Sequence record: PP456877.1
Reading direction: 5' to 3' (one strand)
DNA length: 64,000 nucleotides
The position numbers were made by a program, and so were the translations under genes. Positions 23,908 through 37,146 of the stretch are shown here, piece by piece. The first letter of the stretch is position 1, and every line of letters starts with the position of its first letter. The notes below the pieces were generated by a model, which did no database searches, was not told the DNA's origin, and saw nothing but the letters and a program-made list of their open reading frames with translations.

Positions 23908-24840
23908 TTAGTGACCAAGAGATAGTAGATCACGATGGTTAGCAAAGAACTCAGATGCGCGATCTTGGATCATACCTAGGCGATAGTTATAATCAGAGAT
24001 ACGAATTTCATACTCTTTAATAAGCTTCTGTAGGCGTGCATCCACTTTACCATTACTTTGCATTTCCCGCATTTCTTGTAAACGTAGTTGAAGTGCAAGG
24101 AATTCTTGCTCAGCTTCTTTAAAACGTTCAACCTGATACTCAGCTAAGAACTTGCCAAATAGCACGAACGGGTTCTGACGAGGTGAGAAGCCATCCATGT
24201 TAAGTGGATCACGTTGAGCTATAGAGAGAGCACTCACAGCTACATCATAAGTACCTTCATTGACTTCAGCACTAGATGCACGACTTAAGCGTTGTTTCAG
24301 TTCATTAGTCTTAAGACTCATTGCTGGATACAGAGTAATGAATTGCGCCATATTAGTGTATAGCCATTCTTTCTCAGCACGAGATGATTTTAATTCTGTA
24401 GCCTTACCTAATTTCATTGCTTCTTGTGCAATTAGATTTAGTAGTAGTTTACGGCCATAACGAATATAGAAACTAAGACCATCAACAAAACGTAACATGT
24501 TTGCACGGTCAAAGGTTAGATTAGAGTTAGTAAACTGAATAGCAAATAAACGCCGGATTTCGCTTTCGATCATATCAAAGCTACCACGAATATTTGAAAG
24601 AGTATCCAGTACTAGTTTAATCGGTTCAGTATTAAAACTAATCGCTCGCCGTAGTTCAGTAGATAACCGCATACCTAAATCTGATTTAAGTTGCATATTA
24701 CCAAATACTTCACCTACATCGTCAATAATTGGTGCGAGAGTTGCATCATATTCTTCACGTAATGAACGGATTTGATTTAATAGTTCACGACGTTCAGTAA
24801 CTGGTGCGAGTTCACGTACATAATCAATAATTCTCATCAC
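23908..24840 (-). CDS. gp90: Inner-body protein (gp90)
   Basis: 310-aa helical protein. Synteny. Confidence 0.75.
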   Translation of the reverse strand: MMRIIDYVRELAPVTERRELLNQIRSLREEYDATLAPIIDDVGEVFGNMQLKSDLGMRLSTELRRAISFNTEPIKLVLDTLSNIRGSFDMIESEIRRLFAIQFTNSNLTFDRANMLRFVDGLSFYIRYGRKLLLNLIAQEAMKLGKATELKSSRAEKEWLYTNMAQFITLYPAMSLKTNELKQRLSRASSAEVNEGTYDVAVSALSIAQRDPLNMDGFSPRQNPFVLFGKFLAEYQVERFKEAEQEFLALQLRLQEMREMQSNGKVDARLQKLIKEYEIRISDYNYRLGMIQDRASEFFANHRDLLSLGH

Positions 24841-24847
24841 TCAGTCC

Positions 24848-26011
24848 TTAAATATTGGTAGACATGGTTTTATTCATCATTTTAAAGATCTCAGTGATAT
24901 CCGGACCTTTATTCTTTTCAGCCATTTTAATTTCATCAAGTCGGTGAGATGTAGATAGATCAACCCCACGATGATAAATAGTTACTCGCTCATAACGGTC
25001 ATCAATAACAACAAGCATCATTAGATAGCTATTGTCAAAGATCTTTTGCCGAGTGGCGAAATCATCAATACGACCATAAAGAGAATTAGAAGCAGCTTTA
25101 AGAGTTGAAGTTGATACAATCGCGATATTTGATGCATCTGCTAATGAAACCGTACCACTGCGAACTGATTGTTTCCAGTTGTTACGGCGGCGATCGGTGA
25201 TTTGTTTATAAACACCTGATTTATCATTCATTAGAATGCGATAATGTTCATCGATCATATCTTGACCTAGAACGAAGTCACGCCAGAATTTAATTTGACC
25301 AGTTTTTACTAGAAATAGGCGATGTAGCCAAGTATCTCGTCCACCAGCACTAAAGATGTGCGCAATAATCTGAGGACTAACAGCGGCTGGAATTAAACGG
25401 ATCATAACAGGAATTTTAGCTTTCTGCTTTCCTGATTTAACATCAACGTTAACCAGCTTACCAACGGCAAGGTTTTCAACTTCATAAATCTTTTGTGTAT
25501 CACCACTAGAAATACTTTGTGCACTTGTACTTTCGTCATTCGCTTCCATTGAAGCTACCCAACGCTCATGTGAGTGTTCAGCGACGATATTTGGTAAATG
25601 CACAGGCTTCTCAAAAGACTCTAATGAAGGAAGACCATCAGAATACTCTTCGGCAGAGAATACACTAGTGCGAGTTACACCTGTACGGTTAGGATTAATA
25701 GTATCGAATACTTTTAAAGTATCAATCTTATCCACACCTAGAAGCATATTAACAGCTTGTAGATAATAACCAGTAAAAGACGATGAAACAAATTTCATAA
25801 CGTCTTTCATGTAAGGTTGATCAACTAAGGTTTGGTCTACGATGACCAATGGTTCAACACGAGTTGGACGTGCTAGATCGGTTAGAGAAGAAATCTCTAC
25901 ACCATTTTTAGTGGCTTGTAGGACAGTCTGCATTAGACCACGTACACCTTGATCAGCAGCAACAGTCATCAGAGCAGAACTTACTGCTCCGGCGATTACA
26001 GGTAATGGCAT
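24848..26011 (-). CDS. gp89: Inner-body protein (gp89)
   Basis: PSLES and ASMEA processing sites. Synteny. Confidence 0.75.
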   Translation of the reverse strand: MPLPVIAGAVSSALMTVAADQGVRGLMQTVLQATKNGVEISSLTDLARPTRVEPLVIVDQTLVDQPYMKDVMKFVSSSFTGYYLQAVNMLLGVDKIDTLKVFDTINPNRTGVTRTSVFSAEEYSDGLPSLESFEKPVHLPNIVAEHSHERWVASMEANDESTSAQSISSGDTQKIYEVENLAVGKLVNVDVKSGKQKAKIPVMIRLIPAAVSPQIIAHIFSAGGRDTWLHRLFLVKTGQIKFWRDFVLGQDMIDEHYRILMNDKSGVYKQITDRRRNNWKQSVRSGTVSLADASNIAIVSTSTLKAASNSLYGRIDDFATRQKIFDNSYLMMLVVIDDRYERVTIYHRGVDLSTSHRLDEIKMAEKNKGPDITEIFKMMNKTMSTNI

Positions 26012-26047
26012 TTTTCTCTTCCTATATGGGTTTGCAGAGAGTTATAA

Positions 26048-30019
<3,972 letters not shown>

Positions 30020-30027
30020 GGTCATAA

Positions 30028-30047
30028 GCCCTCCCCTAGGGGAGGGC
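30028..30047. terminator. Bidirectional terminator
   Basis: GCCCTCCCC-ta-GGGGAGGGC between convergent gp87 and gp86. Confidence 0.8.
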
Positions 30048-30060
30048 ATTATGTTGTATT

Positions 30061-31350
30061 TTACATTGCATAACCACGTTTAAAGTCATCGATGACTTTA
30101 TCAAATCGACGCTGCCATTCGCGAATAGCATCATTGAAGCCATGGATCTTATAATCTTCACTAACTACTTGTGCACACTTACCATAATAGTTAAGTACGC
30201 AACTAGCTGCTAGATATTGTGCTTGAGAATATTCAAACATCGTATCAGTAATACGACGCATACCTTCAAGGGAAGTGTTGATTAATTGAACAGACTCACC
30301 AATAGCATCAATAGTTTCTTGACTATAATTACGTGATAGTTGCTTTAACTTACGTAGAGTATCACTGCTATTGCGATATGCTTTTAACAAATCATCAAGT
30401 GGTGCGACAAAACGATCTTTTAACAGATGTGAGTTTTTCCAGAAATTCTTATCAGGGAAATCTGGAATGCTTGAACGATCAGGATACACTGTAGATAGTT
30501 CATTGCACCGGGTAGCTAGTTTACCAATCTCACGGATATTAGCGATAGGCATAAGTGCACGATAATCATCACCATTGTAATTAACATATTCAATGATAGT
30601 GCCAACTAGCTTTTCCATTGTACCTAGTTCAGTACGTGCTTCATTATTAATATTAATGATTTCTTTCTGGTAGTATACACTACCAAATGCAGCAGCATAT
30701 ACACGACTGGCTAAGATTTTAGGATCGTCGATGATTGATTGTGCAATTGCATCAAACTTTTCTAGTAATGCATCCTTTCGATTACCTAATCGATTTTTAA
30801 CTAGTAACTCTTGAAAGAGAGTACGTGCTTGATCAACTGCCCGGACAATCTTTCCATAACGAGTTGCTACAACAACATCACGCTTCTTAAAATCACTAAT
30901 CCAACGTATCAGCTTAGCAAATAGTTCCATTAGTTTCTCAAACCAAGTCTTAAGAGTATTAATGATGGTAGCCATCACTGCCTCTTGAGAAATAGTCACA
31001 TTAAGAGTACTACGGGTTGGTGTAAACATAGAAGCATATTGCTCAAGTGAAGCTACTGCTTTCTTAGGAGCTTCAAACCCTTCAGTGCTCATGCGCTTAA
31101 CTAATGCTCGAATACCATCAACATCTGGTTTTGATACGCCTTCAAGTTTAGTGATTGCATAAATATCAGATAGCTGATGAATCGCTTCGACAGCTACACA
31201 CATCTTAGCTAAAATTTCAGGAGCCGAGGCACTTGAAACAGTCTCTTCTTCGCCTTCAACCATCTTTGGTTGGTTCTCATCAAAGAAAAGTTTTTCCTCT
31301 TCGACATCTACTTCTTTAACATGAGACATGGGTTTAACCTCACTCATCAA
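30061..31350 (-). CDS. Internal head protein (gp86 position)
   Basis: Acidic propeptide with ASLEQ and ISQEA sites. Confidence 0.7.
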   Translation of the reverse strand: MMSEVKPMSHVKEVDVEEEKLFFDENQPKMVEGEEETVSSASAPEILAKMCVAVEAIHQLSDIYAITKLEGVSKPDVDGIRALVKRMSTEGFEAPKKAVASLEQYASMFTPTRSTLNVTISQEAVMATIINTLKTWFEKLMELFAKLIRWISDFKKRDVVVATRYGKIVRAVDQARTLFQELLVKNRLGNRKDALLEKFDAIAQSIIDDPKILASRVYAAAFGSVYYQKEIININNEARTELGTMEKLVGTIIEYVNYNGDDYRALMPIANIREIGKLATRCNELSTVYPDRSSIPDFPDKNFWKNSHLLKDRFVAPLDDLLKAYRNSSDTLRKLKQLSRNYSQETIDAIGESVQLINTSLEGMRRITDTMFEYSQAQYLAASCVLNYYGKCAQVVSEDYKIHGFNDAIREWQRRFDKVIDDFKRGYAM

Positions 31351-31789
31351 TACTACCGATTAATTGATTTAATGCATTACCCATGTCTGCTTGGATACGG
31401 TTATAATCTGGGCCATTAACAACGGCAGAGACAATATTGATATCATCGACAGTTAGATAATCATTAGCGGTATCAGATGTCAGTACAGCTTTGACAAGAC
31501 ATGGATCAGTAATACCGTTGATAAGACTTTGGCGAATGCGAAGAATATTGTTAAAATATGTTACGGCTAGTTTAGTATCAACTGCAATATTCTCATTAAC
31601 TTTACTTAAGATTTTCTTAAATTTAGCAACAGCTTTATCCTGTTGTTCATTGAAATCAAGTAAAATCTCAAATGGAATCTGTAATGCCACCGCATTAGCT
31701 AGGAGCATTGCGCGGGTTTTACGATCAGAACCACCTAAGTTAGGCAGTTGCTTTAGAATACGGGAAAGTTCAAAACCTAATTGTTGCAT
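31340..31789 (-). CDS. Minor head protein (gp85 position)
   Basis: 149 aa, overlaps the gp86 start. Confidence 0.7.
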   Translation of the reverse strand: MQQLGFELSRILKQLPNLGGSDRKTRAMLLANAVALQIPFEILLDFNEQQDKAVAKFKKILSKVNENIAVDTKLAVTYFNNILRIRQSLINGITDPCLVKAVLTSDTANDYLTVDDINIVSAVVNGPDYNRIQADMGNALNQLIGSIDE

Positions 31790-31800
31790 GATTTTTCTCT

Positions 31801-33042
31801 CTATTTAGTTAAGCGGTAGGCTCTTACAAATAAGTCATTATTTAATAGACTTTCTAAAGTATCTTCTAATTCAGTAGCCCGTTTATCTTTACGACGCTGG
31901 GGACTAAGGAAATCTAAAATTTTATCAAAAATGGTCCACTCATTAGCTAAATCATTTATCAATGAATCAATTACTTTAATGTCATCATCAATTCCTGGTT
32001 TTAGTGATGAGTCCTTTACCCATTTAAGTTGTGCTACTAGATCTTGTTTAATTTTCATTAAACGTTGTCGTTGTTTGTCATAACGTGAACTAATTGGATC
32101 ATATCCAACTTTTAAATTACCGGCAATGATACCTAGTGTAACAGGTAAACCAATGATCATAAATAGACCTTTGAATACCTCAGCAGTAATATGGCTAGAA
32201 ACAGATTTATATTCACGGTCATTATAATACCGACCTGATTTAGTTAATGCCGTTGCCAGTGGCCTTCCATAACCTAATCGAGTGGCGAATAAATCAGCTA
32301 ATTGTTCATCGCGTTTACGTGATTGAACATCACCAGTTAAATGCGGACGTTGCGCTTTCTTAAATGATGATAGAATGACTTTACGAATATTTCCTTCAGT
32401 CCTATCATTAGCAAACTTCTCATAATCGGCTGGATCAACGTTTTTCTTTAACCATGTTTCATCCAATAATTGAATCTTATACTTATTAGCTTTCCTACCC
32501 TGTAAGATAAGTATACCTTCAGTAAGTGCATAGTTAAGATAGACGTAGTCACCCATTGTAGCCAGTGTTTCCCAACAATGCCCAATTTCATGTAATGTAA
32601 TGGCAGTAGCTTCTGCTATACTAACACGATTAATAGCCGATAATAAACCAATAGATAAACCGACCTTGTATTTAAAAGTTGAAACAGCCTCACCCGTAAC
32701 TTTTAAATTTGTTAAATCAATATTAATGAATGTATTGACACCTTGCTCAGTTGCTAAAGTAACTCGATTAATATTGTCAAATTTACTACCAGTATGTCCA
32801 ACTGTAAAGGATGTGTATGCACCACCCATTATACCCTGATCATCCAGGTGTGTAAACTCTATATTCATATTGAGGATCTTAGAAACATCATCACTCAGTG
32901 ACCTAAAATCATTAATATCTATTCTCTGTTGATTATCTAATTTATCACGAATCTTGGTTAGATGTTCTTCGATCAATGGACCTAAGTCACGCTTAACATT
33001 CACATCTAACACTTCATTAGAGATTTCTATCGTATGTAGCAT
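31801..33042 (-). CDS. Virion protein with zinc-metallopeptidase motif (gp84 position)
   Basis: LHEIGH (HExxH) plus DEQLADLFA, an M48-like gluzincin signature. Confidence 0.7.
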   Translation of the reverse strand: MLHTIEISNEVLDVNVKRDLGPLIEEHLTKIRDKLDNQQRIDINDFRSLSDDVSKILNMNIEFTHLDDQGIMGGAYTSFTVGHTGSKFDNINRVTLATEQGVNTFINIDLTNLKVTGEAVSTFKYKVGLSIGLLSAINRVSIAEATAITLHEIGHCWETLATMGDYVYLNYALTEGILILQGRKANKYKIQLLDETWLKKNVDPADYEKFANDRTEGNIRKVILSSFKKAQRPHLTGDVQSRKRDEQLADLFATRLGYGRPLATALTKSGRYYNDREYKSVSSHITAEVFKGLFMIIGLPVTLGIIAGNLKVGYDPISSRYDKQRQRLMKIKQDLVAQLKWVKDSSLKPGIDDDIKVIDSLINDLANEWTIFDKILDFLSPQRRKDKRATELEDTLESLLNNDLFVRAYRLTK

Positions 33043-33143
33043 TTTATATCTCTACCAGTATTAATTTATAATCATAAAGATAAGGCTGCGTTGTATAGAA
33101 TTCAATCTTATGCACTACGTATTATAAAAGAGGCGCACACAAA

Positions 33144-34658
33144 ATGTTTGAGTTATTGTTGTCTTCTGGACTAACAAATACGCCTATATATTCCGATCCT
33201 TATCCAGGTCCTAAAACACTGATAGCTGGGACAAGGGAATTAGGTTTGTATGGTGAAACAACATCTTCAGAATTATTTGGTTATGATGATGCAGCTAAAT
33301 TAGTTAATATGACATTTGGAACAGTAATCAATGATGGACAACCATGGTTAAAGTTCTCTAATAAAAATGTTACTTGTTACATACCAAAGAAACCAGCTCG
33401 TAAATCAATACAAAAATCACGGCTTAATAATGCCGGACTCCGTAATGGTGACTATGAAGTTAGATTTATGGGGAACATTTATAAATTTGGTTTATTAACA
33501 ATGGCTGGTGCCACATCAGAATGGCAAAGGTTACTTTATAATGTTCACGTATCTAATTTAAATGGTGCTAACTGGCCTTATAAATTTACAGATAATGACT
33601 TAGGTATTAACCAAGCGGTCGCTGGTGGTATTAGCACTGATGGTACTACTAACTGGGGAAGAGACCCAGGTAGTGATCCAGTTAATGACCAGCTCTATCG
33701 TGGCTACTATGCGATTGATATAACTAGCTCGTCAAGTAGTGAAACGGGTGCTGCAACCCAAGGTTGGCGTCCAGTGGTTTATGCTAGTGGTACATATCCA
33801 TTCGTTAAAGATAATGTTATTAAACTTACTGATTTTGAAACTGATAACGAAATGGCAGCAGGTGCCCAAATAGGTAACTTAGTCTATTATTACGGTGGTA
33901 AGAATAATGCTAATACTGCTCTACGTACATTGAATTTAGCCACGGGTAAGTTAACAACATTACAACCAACTGGTACACCTATAGCAGTTAAACAATGCTC
34001 GGCTGTTGCATTTAATGGTAAAGTATATTTCTATGGTGGTGAAAATGCCACAGATGGTGTACTCACTAAAGGTATGCAGTGTTATGATCCTGCAACTAAT
34101 ACATGGGAAATAAAATCACCAGGTACGATAGCTTGTCGGTATGCACGTGGAACTAGTCTTAATGGGTTAATCTACATATTAGGTGCAGCTGATACAACTG
34201 CAACAAATAATCGTGGATTTACATTAATGTACAATCCAACTACAGATACATATACCAGTGGTGCAGCATTTAATGATACTGGGGTATATACCCAAGATTA
34301 TTCAGTGAGTGTTTATAATAATAGCGTATGTGTTATTGGTGGTATGGTTGGTGCCGGTGTTAATACTGGAATCATATCGTACAATCAAACCAACAATAAT
34401 TGGTCTAAACCAATAACTACAGGTATACCTCTTGGTGCAGCTATTAATATACGCCCATCTGGTGAACTTTATGTAATCGCTGGTGAAAATCAAAATAATG
34501 CACCAATTAAGTATTATGAACCACGATTAGCACGATGGATAAATTTAGGTAATTTAGAAACTGGTTTAGTGGATGCAGGTTTTGCCAATACGTTTAATAA
34601 CGATGGTAAGATTTATGTTCTAAACGGTAATCAGAATTTAAAATACCAAATTAGTTAA
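33144..34658 (+). CDS. Tail-associated protein with Kelch beta-propeller (gp83 position)
   Basis: N-terminal GPKTLIAG..LGLYGE domain, then Kelch-type blades (YYYGG, YFYGG..CYDPATNTW, YILG..YNPTTDTY). Confidence 0.75.
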   Translation: MFELLLSSGLTNTPIYSDPYPGPKTLIAGTRELGLYGETTSSELFGYDDAAKLVNMTFGTVINDGQPWLKFSNKNVTCYIPKKPARKSIQKSRLNNAGLRNGDYEVRFMGNIYKFGLLTMAGATSEWQRLLYNVHVSNLNGANWPYKFTDNDLGINQAVAGGISTDGTTNWGRDPGSDPVNDQLYRGYYAIDITSSSSSETGAATQGWRPVVYASGTYPFVKDNVIKLTDFETDNEMAAGAQIGNLVYYYGGKNNANTALRTLNLATGKLTTLQPTGTPIAVKQCSAVAFNGKVYFYGGENATDGVLTKGMQCYDPATNTWEIKSPGTIACRYARGTSLNGLIYILGAADTTATNNRGFTLMYNPTTDTYTSGAAFNDTGVYTQDYSVSVYNNSVCVIGGMVGAGVNTGIISYNQTNNNWSKPITTGIPLGAAINIRPSGELYVIAGENQNNAPIKYYEPRLARWINLGNLETGLVDAGFANTFNNDGKIYVLNGNQNLKYQIS

Positions 34659-34664
34659 CGAAAT

Positions 34665-34689
34665 AAACCCTCCCATTACGGGAGGGTTT
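34665..34689. terminator. Bidirectional terminator
   Basis: AAACCCTCCC-attac-GGGAGGGTTT between convergent genes. Confidence 0.8.
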
Positions 34690-34760
34690 TATGATGTGTC
34701 GAAGTTTATATTAGCAGTAATGATCAATTGATAATATTTAATTAGGAATACCTTCCATTT

Positions 34761-35129
34761 TTAATATCCTTCATTGAGTAGTTCTGCTAAAGCACGTGCC
34801 TGTGAAATATCAGTAGAAGCAAAAACATCAGAAAGATAGTTATCATGTTCTTTTGCATTCTGACGTAATTCATCCATTAGATGTTTATTAGATACAGCCC
34901 ATACTTTCCACAGATTTTTATAATCATCATATTTAGGATTATATCCGTCTAGTGGTGGTTTTCCTTTACCAGCTTTCCAGTGGTTGGAGTATTTGCGATA
35001 TCCTTTACAATCTAACTGCCAAGCTTCCTCAATTGTTCTACCATCAGGAAGCCTTGCGTAAAGAGCCGAGAATCTTTTGTCACCAACAGATGAGCATTCA
35101 TATCCTCCTCGGCGCTTCCACTGATATAT
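34761..35129 (-). CDS. NADAR-like protein (DarT1-antitoxin type), 122 codons, no canonical start; missed by ORF track
   Basis: Open frame (I)YQWKRRGGYECSSVGDKRFSALYARLPDGRTIEEAWQLDCKG...LSDVFASTDISQARALAELLNEGY*. It begins at ATA overlapping the gp82 stop. Confidence 0.7.
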   Translation of the reverse strand: MYQWKRRGGYECSSVGDKRFSALYARLPDGRTIEEAWQLDCKGYRKYSNHWKAGKGKPPLDGYNPKYDDYKNLWKVWAVSNKHLMDELRQNAKEHDNYLSDVFASTDISQARALAELLNEGY

Positions 35130-37045
35130 TACTTTGGGTTCTTATGGGTATTAATAAACTTCTCTAGTAGGGTGTCCATTTTAGGAGCGCCCATGATCTT
35201 CTGTGTGATTTCAATAGCGTTAACCCTACCGCCTGTTAAGTTTACACCAACTTCACGGCGATGGTGTTCACTAATTCCTTCCATCATTGAGAATTCCATC
35301 ACACATGTTTCACGTGCAATATTTAGAATCTGACTAACGTTAGGATATGTCGACACGATGTCAAGGTCGGCGATATGACAGAAGATTAAGGTTTTATAAT
35401 TTGGTAAATCTTTAACACACTGCAATCCATTTGGACCTGCCATGTAAGATGGCAATGTAACAATCCAGTCATTATGACCAATAACATACTGATCTAACTC
35501 ATGTACCATCTGATCAGAACTCGAACCAATAACACATGGATCTGGTCTATTTAGATACCAGAAATGCATGTCATCACATAGTCGTTTTGGGTTAGAGCTA
35601 AAGTTCTTATAATCGGATGCTTTAGAGAATAGACTTATAGAACGACCAAGATCATTTACTTGTTCATCAAGTTGTTCTAGTCGAATGGAGTCGATGATGT
35701 TATAAAGACCATATTTGATTTTATGCTTAGTTTGCATCTCACGGTGCCAATCGATACCTCCAAGATGCATCGTTTCCTCAAATGTTAATTTACCAAACTC
35801 CATCATGTATCTAATGGAATCACCATACGTAAAGTTATCATTTAATATAAAATCATCTACCCTGATCCATTCATTACTGCCTATATTTTTAATATATTTA
35901 GTAATAACACCACCAGGGCGGTCTACCAATTGTTTATTAAAACCTTCAATAAAATCTTCTAAGTCCTTATCATTTTTAATGGTCGTAGATTTATCGATGT
36001 TTAGTTCTTTTCTAAGAATAGACTCTAACCGATAGTTAGGATCACGTCCTTTAGCTAATCGAGTTACTCGATAAGTTGACATAGAATCGATGCATTGAAA
36101 ACTAGCGGGTGCTGTAATCCAATGCCATTGATCCTCTGGTCCTTTAGATTTAGTGACCCCAGATGCAGTGGTGGTCATAGGCTCATCAATCTTAAAATGG
36201 AAATACCTATAATTCTTAGGTACCGATGGATCAGAAAAAATATCAGCTGGATTAACGCCATAGTGTTCTAATGTTTTTAAGATTCTGCCAATGTCGAAGC
36301 TAATATTCCAGAATGCGAAGAAATCTGGTTTCCAGGTATGTAGTCGTTTAAAACATTCAATAATAATATCTACTGGTGTTTCAACAACCATTACTTCAAT
36401 ATCTAGACCACGTTCTTTAATTAGATGTGATAGTACCTCTTCTTTTTGTGCTTGTTCTAATGTCTCTTTCACTGGATCTTCAATATCACTAACCCATCGT
36501 TTTAAATAGGCTAGGAAAGCTTTGTTCTTATGTGTAACTGACATACAGATAATCTGGCCATCGTTCTCAGCTTCATAAACGTTGGTTTCGATGTCACCGC
36601 CAGCAACAGTGTTTAGAGAGATTAGACCAGGATAACGTTCTTGATAATCATGCTTCAGATAACAGGTTGAACTAACATCACTGCCATATAGGTAAGGACT
36701 ACGCGCTAGTTGACGAAGAGATCTAGCCGAATAGTCACCTAGGATTTTACTAATCTTACGTTTCATGTCAATTTGAGTTGACATGTATTTAACTAAGTTA
36801 CGCTCATATTCGTAATCTTTCTTTTCTTTATGGTTACGCATTCCTTTTGCGGTAATCCAAAAAGGACGCTGGTAGTTTTCCCACATCCTTAAATTATTTG
36901 CAGTTGTACCATCTTCAAAATGAATTCGTTCTTTAACGAAATGTGCATCTGTAAACTTACCAAATTGATCAGTACAATAAGTAATATGTTTGGCTTCAAT
37001 GCCCTTAATCTTTTTCTTATTTGTAACCTGTTGTTCATTAGACAT
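35129..37045 (-). CDS. gp82: Split family-B DNA polymerase, exonuclease plus motif-A subunit (gp82)
   Basis: ExoI GDIET, ExoII WNISFD, ExoIII YNIID, palm motif A DLDIVSTYP. No motif B or C. Confidence 0.85.
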   Translation of the reverse strand: MSNEQQVTNKKKIKGIEAKHITYCTDQFGKFTDAHFVKERIHFEDGTTANNLRMWENYQRPFWITAKGMRNHKEKKDYEYERNLVKYMSTQIDMKRKISKILGDYSARSLRQLARSPYLYGSDVSSTCYLKHDYQERYPGLISLNTVAGGDIETNVYEAENDGQIICMSVTHKNKAFLAYLKRWVSDIEDPVKETLEQAQKEEVLSHLIKERGLDIEVMVVETPVDIIIECFKRLHTWKPDFFAFWNISFDIGRILKTLEHYGVNPADIFSDPSVPKNYRYFHFKIDEPMTTTASGVTKSKGPEDQWHWITAPASFQCIDSMSTYRVTRLAKGRDPNYRLESILRKELNIDKSTTIKNDKDLEDFIEGFNKQLVDRPGGVITKYIKNIGSNEWIRVDDFILNDNFTYGDSIRYMMEFGKLTFEETMHLGGIDWHREMQTKHKIKYGLYNIIDSIRLEQLDEQVNDLGRSISLFSKASDYKNFSSNPKRLCDDMHFWYLNRPDPCVIGSSSDQMVHELDQYVIGHNDWIVTLPSYMAGPNGLQCVKDLPNYKTLIFCHIADLDIVSTYPNVSQILNIARETCVMEFSMMEGISEHHRREVGVNLTGGRVNAIEITQKIMGAPKMDTLLEKFINTHKNPK

Positions 37046-37115
37046 TGCTATAACCTCAGCACATATTGATATTTATCTACGTACTATATTAGTGCCTAGT
37101 AAAAGTAATAATCAG

Positions 37116-37145
37116 CATAAAGCCTCCCCTAGGGGAGGCTTTATG
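37116..37145 (-). terminator. Intrinsic terminator
   Basis: Palindromic CATAAAGCCTCCCC-ta-GGGGAGGCTTTATG. Confidence 0.8.
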
Positions 37146-37146
37146 T

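Noticed and set aside
35015-35110. GGAGG followed by ATG inside the NADAR-like ORF
   Set aside because: The nearby ATGs are out of frame and give only 29-aa or 5-aa peptides; GGAGG is explained by the RGG codons.
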